A program made the position numbers and the translations under genes. A stretch of 64,000 nucleotides of DNA from Oikopleura dioica (taxonomy: Eukaryota; Animalia; Chordata): positions 2,666,001 through 2,730,000 of the forward strand of contig OU015568.1 of the NCBI GenBank assembly GCA_907165135.1, in the 5' to 3' direction. A model generated the notes under the pieces. It ran no database searches and had not been told where the DNA came from. It saw nothing but the letters and a program-made list of their open reading frames with translations. This document shows, in pieces, positions 38,169 to 50,756 of the stretch. The stretch's first letter is position 1. Every line of letters begins with the position of its first letter.

Positions 38169-39748
38169 ATGAGAGAAAATGTAGATAAGAATAATAAAGC
38201 TTTGAGGGTAAAAATCTCAAAGAGAAGATGGCTGATTATGACAGTGATGTTCTTTGCGGTATGTAGCCTTGAATGAAAATTGAAGTCTTGAGCTTTTGAA
38301 ATCAAGGAAGAATAATTTCTTTTCAGAACATGACCAGCTCTATCCAATGGCTTCAATACTCAATCGTTCCAGATATCTTTGTCGAGTTCTATCAAAAGTC
38401 ATACAATGCTATTTCTGCAACGACGCTTCTTGGCTCAATTTCGATGATCGTCATGATCATCCCCGTCACTTTCCTTGTCGAGTTGAAATCGACGAGATTT
38501 GTGCTTCTTCTAGGAACGAGTTTGAGTTTTATCGGCGCCGTGATAAAGTGTTTATCTGTCGATCCAGAGCGATATTGGGTACTTATGTTGGGACAAGCAC
38601 TGGTGGAGATTAACATGCCGATTGTCCTCTCCCTTCCTCCGAAAATCGCTGCGAACTGGTTTCCAAACAATGAGCTTGGCCAAGCGATCTCTCTTTCCGT
38701 CTTTGGCGATCAGCTCGGAATCGCGCTATCATATCTTGTTCCGTTTGTTGTCAAAGGGCCGATCAACACTTACGGAGCAGGTTTTGATGAAAACTGGTCG
38801 AATCAAACAATTCATGGGGAAAGTAACACGACAGCCGCGATTGATGAGGTTTCAAGACAAATTTATGGAATGAATATTTTCACCGCGACGATTGCTTTTC
38901 TTACTGTCGTTTCGGTCTTCTTTTGTTTCAAGACAAGCCGAAAAATCCACCATCAAATTCAGAGCTTCAGAGGCGGAATACACCAGTAAAACAGGAATCA
39001 AATCAAGCATTCAAGCGATATTTTGGCGACCTGAAGAGGATCTTCACAAGTAAAAATTCAGTTCTGTACATGCTTTCTTGTGGCCTTCATGTTGGTGTGT
39101 ATTCTGCTTTCTTCACTCTTTTGAACCAAATTATCAAGCCGTTCTTTCCCGACTCGGAGAAAATCGACAGCGAAATCGGCATGATGGGATTCGCCGCAAT
39201 ATTTGCAGGAATCATTGGATCGTATCTTTTTGGTTTCGCACTAGACAAAACCAAGCGCTTCAAAATTGTGTCGACTGTTACTGTCGTTTCGAGCCTGATT
39301 TCACTTGCCTTTTTGACTGGATTTTTGAATTTTTCGAACCTGATTTCGATGTACATTCTCGTTGGTTTCTGTGGACTGACGATGACCTCTCAATTCACAG
39401 TCGCATACGACTTCATGGCTGAAATAACTTTTCCCGTGTCTGAGTCCTCTATGTCTGCAATTTTGAACATGAGCTATGGAATCTTCGGATTCATCATAAC
39501 TCAGTTTTCTCAAATGGCAATTGAAGGAAACGCTTCTCAAACACAGGGGGCGTACAATGGGCTTTATATTCTTAGTAAGTTTGATTATCACATATCTTCT
39601 CTAACGCTGCTTAGTTGGGACAGAGTTTCTATGTGAAATTCTCAATTTTTTCACAAAGGAAAAGCTCAACAGAAATGATGCAAATCAGAAAAGTGAAGAA
39701 AAAGAAATTGGAGTCGTCAATAATAATTTTCAAATTTCAGATTTTTGA
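38169..39748 (+). CDS. FLVCR: MFS transporter of FLVCR/SLC49 family; 1-nt frameshift at ~38930
   Basis: KRRWLI, QWLQY, LGQAL..., PPKIAANWFP.NE..A.SL.VFG.QLGIA, KPKNPPS, EITFPVSE motifs; two overlapping ORFs are offset at TTC-AA-GAC. Confidence 0.88.
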
Positions 39749-39986
39749 AAAATAAAAAGAATAAATGCAGCATGAAAAGTATCATCCAGAGCCAATCAAG
39801 CATTGACAAGAAACTCCAGTTGACATTATAATTTCGCAGCGAAGCATCTAATCAGAGTATCGATAAATTGCAAATTGGCGACTTACACTCTCAGAACTGC
39901 GTTCAAATTCTGAGACAAGCAAGAAAAAATGAAAAAAAGATTGCAAATCAAACTTTTGGAAAAGCAACGGACAAAGTCGCTTGAAA

Positions 39987-40950
39987 ATGCAGCTGCGTAA
40001 GCGTATCTTTTAAATAACTTCTATTAATTAAGAGCAAGTTGTAATCCGTCAAAAGCTCTAAATCTTAGTTCTAATCCGTACTTTTCTTAGCTCTCGGGAA
40101 ATCTTCGCGCAAGTGCCTCGCCGAGCATCAATGGTCGCTCCTCAAACCGACGATCGGTATCTAAAGAGAGAAAAATATATTCTCATGGAAAATCCGAAAA
40201 AGCTATTGAAGCAAAATACAGTGATAGGTCTTCGAGACTTTATCACGAGGAATCCGAGGACGTCGATTTTTGGAGAGCAGAAAAAGGGGGTCTTCAATAT
40301 CGCTATCATCGGTGGAGCTGGAGTTGGAAAGTCGGCGCTGATGGTCAGGCTTCTTACAGGCTCGTATTCTCATTTGTATTCTATTTTATACTTCGGCAGG
40401 TCGATTTATCGGGGAATACGCCGATATCCAAGCAACTGGTCGAAAAACCAAAGTCATCATGGATCGCGAAATCGTCCTCCAATACACTGATCCTGACAGG
40501 GAAAACTCCAGGGAAAACTTTGGCGATTTGATCAGCTGGGCCGACTCAGTCCTCTTGGTTTACGATTTGGTCAATCAAAATTCCGTCGCAATCGCTGAAG
40601 TTCTTTATATGAAGATAAAGTCTGAACGGGCAAGGAATTCGAAGAGCTTTTCGATATTTTTGGTCGGGAATAAGTCGGATTTATTGACGACGGAAGGACC
40701 AGTTGAACTCTCAGAAAATTTCAAAGAGAAGTTTGATGCACATTTGAAGATTTCGAGCAAATACGAGCCGGAATCCATCAATGAATTGGAAGAAAAAGTG
40801 GCTTCTGTCTTATTCAAATCTCAAAACGAAGAAAAACGAACTCCTCCTCTTGAGCTCTCGTTAATGGGAAAAGTCAGTCACAAAAAGTTCTTCTGGAAGC
40901 GTCATTCGAGCAAAAGCAGAAGTGATACTTCCATTCTCCATCGAAGGTAA
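39987..40950 (+). CDS. RERG/RASL11/RASL12-like small GTPase, 4 exons (one GC-AG intron)
   Basis: IAIIGGAGVGKSALMVRLLTGRFIGEY, WADSVLLVYD, LVGNKSDL; no CAAX box. Confidence 0.85.
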
Positions 40951-41776
40951 GAGACATCAAAAATGAAAAGCACGGAAGCTGCTTAGAAATGGTATCGCAC
41001 CGCTGGTCCACGAGATGAGCTCCGAAAAATCAAGCCCGATCAGTGGCAGATTCAGCTTTGGAAAGCTCAGAAATGATGATCAATGAAAATCCAACATAAT
41101 TAATAATATAGCTTGCCTTTTTTATCCTGCAAATAAAAATCGTTCTGTCTTATTTACAAAAAAATATAACCGGCGTCTATTCATATGAAAAAGACCTCCG
41201 TCTTCTCCGGCAGACTATTGACTTCCTATTGAAAACCTCCATCAACCTCTTTTCAGGTCAGCTCGCGGGCGTAATCCCTTTCATTCCATCGATTTCAAAA
41301 AGAAAAACTAATTTCCCGTGATCCTTATCGCTCATCTCGAGTGCTGTGGCACTCCTCTTTTGTAAACTTTTCGCTTCTGCGCAAAATTAAAAATTTCGTA
41401 AAACAGCGTGAAACGGGTACAAAACCGCGAAGAGTAAATTTGGTAGAGAAAGTATTTGGATTTATTACGAATCGAGAGAGGAAAAAAGCGAGAGAAATTT
41501 ATTGCCTGATCGTCAGGATTTATTGTGATTCCTACTAAAGAACGTAAAACTGAGAGATCCCGAGGTATGTTTGAATTTTTTCTCAGTTAAATTTTTGGTT
41601 GAAAAAAATCTATTTTTTTTTTGTTTCTAGCCCGAATTGACAAAATTTTGTTGCTATTCTGATCTATGTGTTTGTCCAATTTTAGACCATTAAGATTTCC
41701 GCGTTTGCCGGGTTGCCCAATAAGATTTCAGAAAAAAATCTTCGAAAAAACAAAAGTAAAGTTTTTTTTCAGAAAA

Positions 41777-42710
41777 ATGCGTCTTTATCTTGCCTTCTTA
41801 TCACTCTGCTCCTCCACTGAAATCAACGAAGACATCTATAAACGCCTCGATATCCTCGAAAACTACCAAAAACTTCTCATCTCGAACATTCGTTTTCAAC
41901 GCGCGCGCATCAACATTTTAGAAACAAACATGAAGAGCCTTCAAGAAGACAACAAACAACTTGCTAAGCAGATTTTGTATTTTGTCGACGACTATGATCG
42001 AGAGTACGACTATGCTTTTTCCGGCTCTGGAGATGGCGCTTATTACCCGAATGCTTGGGAAATGAGAGCTGCTCTTGTCGACCGTGTCAGGTGAAGAAAA
42101 ACCACGGACCGTGGTCCACGGTTAACCGCGATAAAGAGCGATCATTTTAGAGATAAGCGCCAAAACTCCCTTCCAGAAGAAAACTTTTTTGATATGGAAA
42201 TCGAAGAAATCAAAGACGAGCTGAAAAGCTGGAAACATATGAAGTTCGATTTCTTGTCTCAAATTCGAACCCTAAGTGACAATTTTTCCTCCCTTGAATC
42301 GAAGATCAAACAGGTAAAGAAAGAAGAAAATGATAAATGGTTCATTTTCAGTTTGAAATCAACGAGAAGGACTTCTATGATCTAGAAGAACGACATAATT
42401 CTGTGGAGAGGTTTTTGATCAATGCTCATAAGAATAAAGACCTTCAAGGTCCTCCAGGAAAGAGTTTAAATTTAATAAATGGTGAATTTCTCCGTTAAAA
42501 CTTTGTAACTCGAATAAAGGTCCCCCTGGAATTCAAGGGCAAAAAGGAGAGCTTGGTCCAGTCCGACTTGTTGCTGGCCCGGTTGGTCCTCCTGGCGAGC
42601 CAGGAAGACGAGGCGAGCCTGGATTCAAAGGAGAACCCGGAAGAACAGGTTATTTGAGGGGATTGAATGGCAAAAAAGGCGAAAAAGGAGAAAATTGCGA
42701 CTGTCGCTAA
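41777..42710 (+). CDS. Secreted coiled-coil protein with a short C-terminal collagen (Gly-X-Y) domain
   Basis: Signal [13 protein letters not shown], heptads, FSGSGDG, then [11 protein letters not shown]...[13 protein letters not shown]. Confidence 0.8.
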
Positions 42711-43404
42711 TTATTTTCATTCCTTCTGACTCAGAAGGGTTCAAACTTTCACTGTTACTTTCAAAATTTTATGAATAAAAATAAGCTCGAAGTGGTCTAA
42801 AAAAATACCTGATAAGGCATTATTTATCACGTGTCAAAAAATGAGTGATCCCTGGCATGACGGGATTTCTTTGTAATGTGACAGAGTGCGGCAATAAACG
42901 CCTTCAAAATATCTTGCAGGTTCAATGCTTTGGCCAAAACGCAAGCACTTACAGAGAGAGCACTTTTTTTGGTCATTTGCCGATCTGCTTGTGCATTTTT
43001 TGTTTAGACCAAAAGAGATACAGTCAGCTTTTTAGGTGTAAACAAAGGCTCAGGCATGTTGGGAAATCGGCAAAGTCGACTTCAAATTCAGGATATTTTT
43101 AGATAAAATGAACGGTATTTCATCTTCTTAATTAAATTCTACCCTTTGTTATCCTTCTATTGACTCATCAATCAGCAGGAAGCCAGAAGTCTGACAAGTG
43201 TGGTGTAAATAAAACGGCTTTGCATTTTTAACAATTGAAATTTGCGGGCTCTTTCGCTTTCGAGGAGGAGCACTGGGCGGCACCAAGCTGCTCCGCCAAA
43301 TCACCAAAAACAACAAAAATCAAACAACACCGTCATAACCTCAGTTCACGTTGTTGAGATATACAACCAAAAAAATATTTTTTTTCTTGAAAAAATAGAG
43401 AAAA

Positions 43405-44537
43405 ATGAGAGTTTTCGGCCTTTTACAAATCGCTTCTTTTGTAAAAGCGAGCAATATGACTTGGACAGGATCACTTGAAAACTTCGACTTCGACCTGCTC
43501 TTGGCCGAATCTGACAGCCCCATCGCGAAGGAACTCCTCTCCCTTTCCCCACTCAACGGAGAAGAAGTAAAGATCGACTCAAGAGGATACTTTGACACGG
43601 AAGCGCAGCGCGCTGAAAACCGTAAGCGCAAGCTCAAGTCGATTCTCGAAGTCGTCATGTTCTTGCAAGCTGACAGGAGCGCATTCACGCTTGAGAAGTA
43701 CTTACAGTACGGTTGCTACTGCTTCCCGCAGAGGGATGCTCAACTTTTTGTCGGAAGAGGAAATCCAGTTGATGAGGTGGATAAAGTTTGCAAAGCGTTT
43801 CAGACTTGCTACAGGTAAAGACCACAACAGGGATTGCTGCTTCCTTGAATATATATTTATTTTGGTTATCCTCGATTGAGTATTTGCTATAAAGAGCAAT
43901 AATTTGGTGATGTACTAGAAGGTGGTTATTTTAATTTAAAGATGCGTCGGAATTGATTACGGACAAGAAGATTGTATCAATAGTTTGGGATACGAATTTG
44001 AAGGGAAAGAGAATAAGAAGACTGGAGAGAGAACTCTTCATTGCAAAGGTAAATTCAAGTATTCATGAAAAAAATGAAACTACATCTTTTCTATTCAATT
44101 TCATTTCTTTATCATTTATTGTTTATTTGATATAAGAATAAATTTGTTGAATCAATAATTTTTAAAATTAAGACGCGAAAAGGAGCGAAGAATCAAAATG
44201 TTCCAGCGCGCAATGCGAATGCGATAAGGCCCTCGGTTTGTTGAGATTTGATCGTCATATCTTTAACAATCAATTTTGTTTAGCGGAGGGGCTCGCTCAG
44301 ATGGAGATTATGTGGAATCCTAACAACAGCGCGATGTATGGCGGGTTCATGTTTGAAACGAGCTGTCAGAGGGTGGAAAGATCAGTGACTGAGCGAGAGC
44401 CAGTTGATGTTAGATGCTGCGGCTACTATCCAAAAGTAAGATCTCGGGAGTATATTTTTTTATTATTGAACTTGTTTCTCAATACAGTGAAGAGAATGAT
44501 TATGAACCAAAATAATTGTAGATATAAAGTCGATTGA
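43405..44537 (+). CDS. Secreted PLA2-like (inactive) protein; 3' end uncertain
   Basis: Signal MRVFGLLQIASFVKA, YLQYGCYCFP..GRGNPVDEVDKVCKAFQTCYR, later CCGYYP. Confidence 0.78.
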
Positions 44538-45490
44538 TTTTTGAATTGTTCTTTTTTGCAAAAGACACGATGCTCCAGACGGAAAGAATGATCCCTGAAA
44601 ATAATTTTCTCCCCTAATTCTCATCAGCTGAACTTACCAAAAAGAGGCCAAAAAATTGAGTGAGCCATGTCCGAAGTCTTGATTATTCGATGCATAGTTA
44701 CTTCCTGAGGGTTTTTTGTGCTCTGGAAACATGAGAAGCTGTTGCCCTTTTCCATCGTTATCAAAAAATTCGAATCAGAAATTTTTTGAGCTAAGTAACT
44801 GATTTGATAATTTCCTGAAGGCCAAATGTTTCGTTGAATCTCTCAGTCGCGTTGTTCAAAATGTCCGTATTGCAAGTGCACTGCGGGGGATGATAAGAGC
44901 ACGGCAGGAGATCAGTAACGAACGAGTATTCGTTTTGGTGAAGGAGCTTTTTAACGATTTCATTTTTTTGCCGTTTACGTGATTCGGATTTATGAAAATG
45001 AAAACGTTCATAAGCTGTTTTGTCTCCGTAATTCGGATTTGTTGAGACGAAAATTTCTAAGCAGTTCATTTTTGGAGTGCATCCTCGATCGCTCAAATTT
45101 GTGACTGGGCACATGATCTTTCCATTGTAAATTGAATCGATAACTGTGCAATTGGTTTCCTAAAAGATGCTGATTTCGCGATTCTACAGATTAAATTTAC
45201 CTGCAAATGTCTTGAGTGAAGACCAGGAACAATTGTCTTGATCGTAAAGACCAGCGAAACGCAGGAAAAGATCAATAATAGCACCGATCCGGCTTTAATT
45301 CTCCGTTCATAAAAGAAAAAAAAATTCTCTTACCAAGAATAAATTGATTTTTATCCGTCAAGGATTTCGACTTTACCGTCACACCTGGAACTTTTGGGTC
45401 ATTAGGTTTTGATGCTCTTTTCCCTGACTCATCCTCTAGGCTTTTTTGAGTGGCAAGATTGTTTTTTCTGTTCAGTCCCCGTTTTCTCAT
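44500..45490 (-). CDS. KCNMB: BK-channel beta-subunit-like (KCNMB/CaKB family) two-TM protein
   Basis: TM1 after TDKNQFILA, ETNCTVI, CLEIFV, CSYHPPQC, FSCF, HSIFWP and TM2; these match, in order, KCNMB motifs EDRAILLG, EE.QCT, CLQV.V, CSYIPKC, FSCY, HSLFWP. Confidence 0.78.
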
Positions 45491-46387
45491 TTTTATCAAA
45501 TTATCCTTGGCCGTAAATGAGCGGCATAAAATTAAAATCGATCCTCTTAATCCATCATAAAATCAGATTATTCGTTTATATTGCCACTTTCCTTGGCCGC
45601 CGGATGCTAAATTTTCTCACTTTTTCTTGAGCCCAAGAAAAAAATGCCATTTTTTCATTCAGATTGAATTAAGAAAAATCAGCTCATTTTCTCTCGGTAA
45701 AATGGAAATAATAATAATTTACCAGGCTCGTAAAACACTTGTTAACTTACTTTGCCTGAGGAAGAATGATGATAAAAACCAGCTTGTTGCGCTCGTTTTT
45801 TCTAGCAGACTTTTCAATCAAATTCGAAGCGTATTTGAAAAGTACCTTTTCCACTTTGATGGACGGAATTAAGCCTCCTACGAAAGCTGAATTAATCATT
45901 AATAACAGCTTGGCATAAAACGAGAGGAAGTACTGTTTCATCTGATCAGATTTTCGCACGGATTTTCTATTCGACGAATATTTTTTATTTTTGGCGATTT
46001 GACACGCGTTGTTTGAGCAGAATTTATCATTTGGTGCATTCTAAAATTCGTCAAAAATATTTAATATGCCAAAAATTTCTGTTAAAATCATTTTTCTCTC
46101 TCTGAATGCTCACCTTCCTCCGCTCATTTTTTAAACGATATTCGATCAATAAGAAATTCCATCTTTTTATCATAATTAATTTTCGTTCTAGCGCTCCCCA
46201 TACGCGTACCGATCGAAAAATGGCCAACGAAACTGCTGCGGAGAAAAAACATACGACCCAAATGTTCTTGAATGCTGCCCTGGTGACAAACTCCAATCTC
46301 TTGGAACCTGTATTTACTGAAGAAAATAATCGTCTCCTCTATTCACTGTACATATTTTTATTGATAAATTTTATATAAAAAGCGGTT

Positions 46388-47498
46388 TTATGAAATTTCA
46401 TATTGAAGCAGTTGCAAATATTCTTTACATAGAGCGTCGACTATAAACTTTTCCTCTTCGTTGATTTTCTCTTTCCAAGAAGAAATGATGGCTGATGAAT
46501 TCCTCGAAGTCCCATAAGCTCCGCCTATTTAAAATTCAGAAGAAAAAAGCTGAAGATTTCTTACCTGAAGACGACTTCGTATTTTTTTCGATCCAGGCAT
46601 TTAAATTTTCCGGAAAGTCCCATTGAAGAAAATCGTAAATGTTTTTTGAATATAAAAATGGGTTTTCCGCTAACTCCTCAAATTTCAATTGATGAAGTTT
46701 GTTTTGAAGCTGGGGATTTTCGTCGAAAAATTTCTTTTCCTTGCTTTTTTCGTTGCAATAAGTGCTCATTTTCTTATAATATTGCTGATCACGCAGTTTC
46801 CCGAGCTTTTTTTGGCTAAGAAAAACAGGTCTTGCGTCTCTAAAAATTATTTGAGAAGATAAACGCTGAAAATCTTAACCTGTAGTAAATGAACACCCTT
46901 AAATCAACATTTCTTTCATCCGCAACACTCAGTAAAACATCGATATCTGCAGGTTTTATCGTTTTTATCACTCGTTTCTTTTGATGACAAAGTTCTGCCG
47001 CTTCCGTCCAGTTCCATCTCCTACATCTACTTCTTTTTGATGATGCGGTCTCGTCGCAAATTTTGTAGTTGTTGAGCTGACGACTCTTTTTGGTAAAAGG
47101 AAGATATGGTTTTGACTTGGTGAAGTTGCATTCGAAGAGGTCAAGAATGTAGTTTGCCCATTTTTCTTGAATTTTCGGGTTCATGTATCCCCTTTTTGCG
47201 AGATGTTCATGATCGGGCTCGAAAAGCTTAGGACATTCATAATAAATAATTTGTAACAACACGAGCTTACATATAAAACATCTTCGTTTTCATTGAAGAT
47301 TTCTCCAAAAAACGACGAGCCAGTTCTATATCCTGTCAAAAGAAGAACATTTTCTGCCGGCGGAAGTTGCTTTGGAATGATTTCTTCTGATTTGAGACTG
47401 TTTTCTCTATCATCAGAAGCTCTCGATAAACCATAAAACATCGTTATTAAAAAAAGAACCACAAAGAAAAATGTGAATTGATTTCCTTTCATCATCAT
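46388..47498 (-). CDS. Carbohydrate (6-O-type, CHST1-7-like) sulfotransferase, intact
   Basis: Type II TM anchor, TGYRTGSSFFG, LFEPDH, VIKTI, FEELAENP, GAYGTSRNS. Confidence 0.88.
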
Positions 47499-48742
47499 TC
47501 GGACAAGTTAGAAACTGCCAATTCTTGTTTTTTCTTCTTATCTCTTAGTTATTAAATGAGTCTTGAAAGATCAATAAAAGGGGGGCTCAAATATAACAGG
47601 CAAACTTTTCCCGGGGACCACAATTTTAAAGGTTAATTATTATACATTAACTTAATGTGTCCAGGGAAGAATATTGAACCCGTTAGAATTGTGGCCCCTT
47701 TTTATGAAAATATCAGTTTCGAAAAGGATTTCGGCGTCTCTGAATTTTAAACAGAACCTAGCCAATGGCTAGAATCCTGTAAGTAATTCATGCTGACGGC
47801 AAGACTCAGCAAGTTGTAGCCGTGTAACGAAAATCACATCTGCCGCGGTAAAAAGGACCCGAAGCAAAACTCCTTTTCGGCCAAGATTTTCTGTTTCTCG
47901 TCTTTTTTTTTCTTCAACAAAGTTGTTTTTTCGATCTTTATTCTATTTCAGAGATAACTTTTCACGTAAGTATGGAAGGAATTTTTCAAGAATGATTTCT
48001 AAAATGCTGTATCTTCGGGTTTCTCGGTAGCTTAAAAATGAATAATTATTCAACATGATTATTTCTCTCGATTACCAGTAGCTAGGCGAACCTTCTTTCC
48101 ACCCTTTCTCGCTTTTTTATGCTTCTCGTGAGATTGTTTTTCGCCAAAGACTGAACAAATTTCTCAAGTGCAAAAAACTTACGCCACAAACCGAAATTCT
48201 TCTGGAGGCGGAATGACTCTAAAGGAATAATTTTCATTTTGTCGAAGGAAAAATGGTACCTTTGTCGTTCGAGAATTTCATCGACAAATTGACTTCGTAT
48301 TGATCCGACGGGTCGGTCGAAGACATGGAGGAAAGTGAGTCTTGGGGACGAAGAATCCTCCGGCAAGGCATGGGAGTGTCAACGTGAGAACGCTGGCTTC
48401 CTTGACCGAAGCTCCAGATCTCATCGAAGCGAGCTAAAATTCGGTTCAAATTGATATTCTCTAGAGAGAAAGCAACTTTTAAATTCAATTTACAGAATAT
48501 AAAAAAAAAATATATGAAAATATTTACGAACCTTGAATTCTCTCTTTCGTCCAAAAATCCATTTTTCTTCCCAACCATGTTCACCCTCCTCTTTTAATGG
48601 TTGCCGTAGCACGCGAAAAGTGCTCAGACGAGCATCAAAGAAGGGCTTATTCACTGTTCAAAGCTCACATGCAATCGACTTTGAAATAAGAGAGGAAGTT
48701 TAATCGAATAATTTATTAATAAATAAATGCTCGGAGGCAGTT

Positions 48743-49949
48743 TTAGGCAACTTGTTCCAAGTAAATAGGATCTCCAACACGAATTTCGCCTTCTTTTACG
48801 ATCACGTGATCTGTGCCAGCTAGAATTTGAGTTAGGACTTAATAGACTTTCGTTGATTACCTGGAATTTTGCAGAGCTTTCTTTCTGCTAAGAAAGGAAC
48901 ATCTCTTGGGTTGATCTTTCTGAAAGTCTTGAGCGTCTTGGTAGGCTCGTCTTCCTGGCAGACTGTAATTTCTTCCTTGTCAACTGTAATCAGGGGGCAT
49001 CGTAGGGACTCTCGGGCCATTGCAATTATACAATCGCCGATGTGGAGTCTTCCTATCCATTTGTCTTCCTCCCAAGGCTCGTTTTTCAGCGTCTGAAGAA
49101 GATTACGAACGTATAAAAAAGAGAGTCTAACTTTGACAATGATATTGGACCGGAAATTCCAGTGAGAAATCTTGTCTCTATTCGCAGGAAGCTTTTTGTT
49201 GACATCATCGACCGAGTCTTGCGAAATCAGCTGAATCGGATAGTGATTGCTGAAATTGTCCGTTTTCATGTACTCGATGCCTTTCAATCTCCAGTCGAGC
49301 GCTTTTCCGTTCTTTTCCGGAATCCAGTTTGTCTTGCTGACGTCCCGGCCTTCTGGATTCACTGTCAGTCTTGTTTCTTCACCAAGATACTCAGTGAACC
49401 ACTCGGCTGCCGCATCCCCGCCGTCGGTTGCTTCGATTTTGTCTCCGTAAAAGTCGATTGAAGCCGGTTTTCCGCAGTCGGAAAGATTGAAAACCAGCGG
49501 TTTCATATCTGGCGCGGTGAAAATGAACTTCTCGTTGTTTGCACCTTCTTTGACTTCAATAAGCTTTTTCGAGCTTCAACTTTAATTCAACTTCAAACGA
49601 GAAAGATTTAGCTTTCGCTCTTTCCTTGAGCCGCAAGTTTTGAATGGCACTTGTTTTGACTCCATTCAACTTCCTCGTGGCGAAGAATCGATCGATCAAA
49701 TTTCCCGACTTCAATCCGAATCCGGTGACCATCGCTTTTGTCAGCGGGATTCCTCGGCATGTTTTAAGCGGAAAAATCACCAACTCTTCGACGTAACCGA
49801 CGAGCTTTTTCGATTGGACTTGTATTTCCGGCTCTCTTCAAAAAAATTAAGTTTCGAAAAATTTCGTTCAGTTACTTTGTCAGAATTTTATAAGCAATGA
49901 AGCTTGATACACCGGCGAGAATCGCGGAATCTGCAGCTGGAAGCTTCAT
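48743..49949 (-). CDS. MTARC: MOSC-domain protein, mitochondrial amidoxime-reducing component (mARC)-like
   Basis: N-terminal anchor, VGYVEELVIFPLKTCRG, GLKSGNLIDRFF, FRSNIIV, EDKW, RCPLITVD (Moco Cys), GEIRVGDPIY. Confidence 0.9.
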
Positions 49950-50242
49950 GGTTGAAAGTTCTCTAAGTCAGTTTTCCTGCTGAAAAAGCGAACAATGCTT
50001 GTTCTCATTCAATATTTGCCCAGTGCACTGCCTCCGAGGGATCGACCTTTGTGTCGATTTGAACTGATTAATCTTTTTTATCACTTTTAGTCATAATAAT
50101 GAGCTCTAGAAACAAATGAAATGATGTTGCCAAAGATCTGGGTTAGGGTTTGAATGAGTTTCCGAGCCAAAATACTGAGCTGTAATTTATATTTATATTT
50201 AGTGTTTTACTTATTTATTTTACTTCAAGCGCAATTCGTTAG

Positions 50243-50554
50243 AATGAATCCGCAATAACATGCGGAACTGTGCCTTGTCAAAACTTCGGCGAATGCTTTG
50301 GCTCCTTAATTCCGAATCTAGAAGAATCTTATGGTGGTTATTCATTTTGTCGATGCGGAGATGTGTTTTACGGAGAATTCTGCGAGAAGACGCCCTGTAC
50401 AAAGAAGCCTTGTTTAAATGGAGGAAAATGCAGTTTTCAATACATAAAAAACTGTACAGATGATCCTTTTCAATTTTGCTGGACCCATGCCTCTGATTTT
50501 AAATGCTCTTGTCCTCGAAATTTTGCCGGTAAAACTTGCCAGATCAAAAAGTGA
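50243..50554 (+). CDS. Exon encoding two EGF-like domains (small secreted protein; 5' part unresolved)
   Basis: CGTVPCQNFGEC...CRCGDVFYGEFC and CTKKPCLNGGKC...CSCPRNFAGKTC. Confidence 0.65.
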   Translation, partial: NESAITCGTVPCQNFGECFGSLIPNLEESYGGYSFCRCGDVFYGEFCEKTPCTKKPCLNGGKCSFQYIKNCTDDPFQFCWTHASDFKCSCPRNFAGKTCQIKK

Positions 50555-50756
50555 AAAGAAGGGTAAAACTTTATTTACAGCAAGAATAAACTTTTAAAAG
50601 GATAGAAGGATTGCTTGAGTGAATTGTTGGGACGGAAAGAGGAGCTCATCAGTAGTAACATAACCTTCGCCCTAAATTTACAAACATTTTGAAAAACGAC
50701 CAAACCTGTTACGGAAGCGACGATTTTCGGTGAATTTTAGATGTCTTTTTCTTTGT

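Noticed and set aside
42458-42519. Possible GA-AG intron in the collagen gene
   Set aside because: A canonical 38-nt GT-AG intron (42482-42519) gives an equally valid frame.
42850-43110. Minus-strand PAN-like fragment (CLSLC...CISFG...C)
   Set aside because: Needs a frameshift and has no clear start; too weak to call.
48082-48584. Possible small minus-strand gene downstream of mARC
   Set aside because: No consistent spliced frame or homology recognisable by eye.
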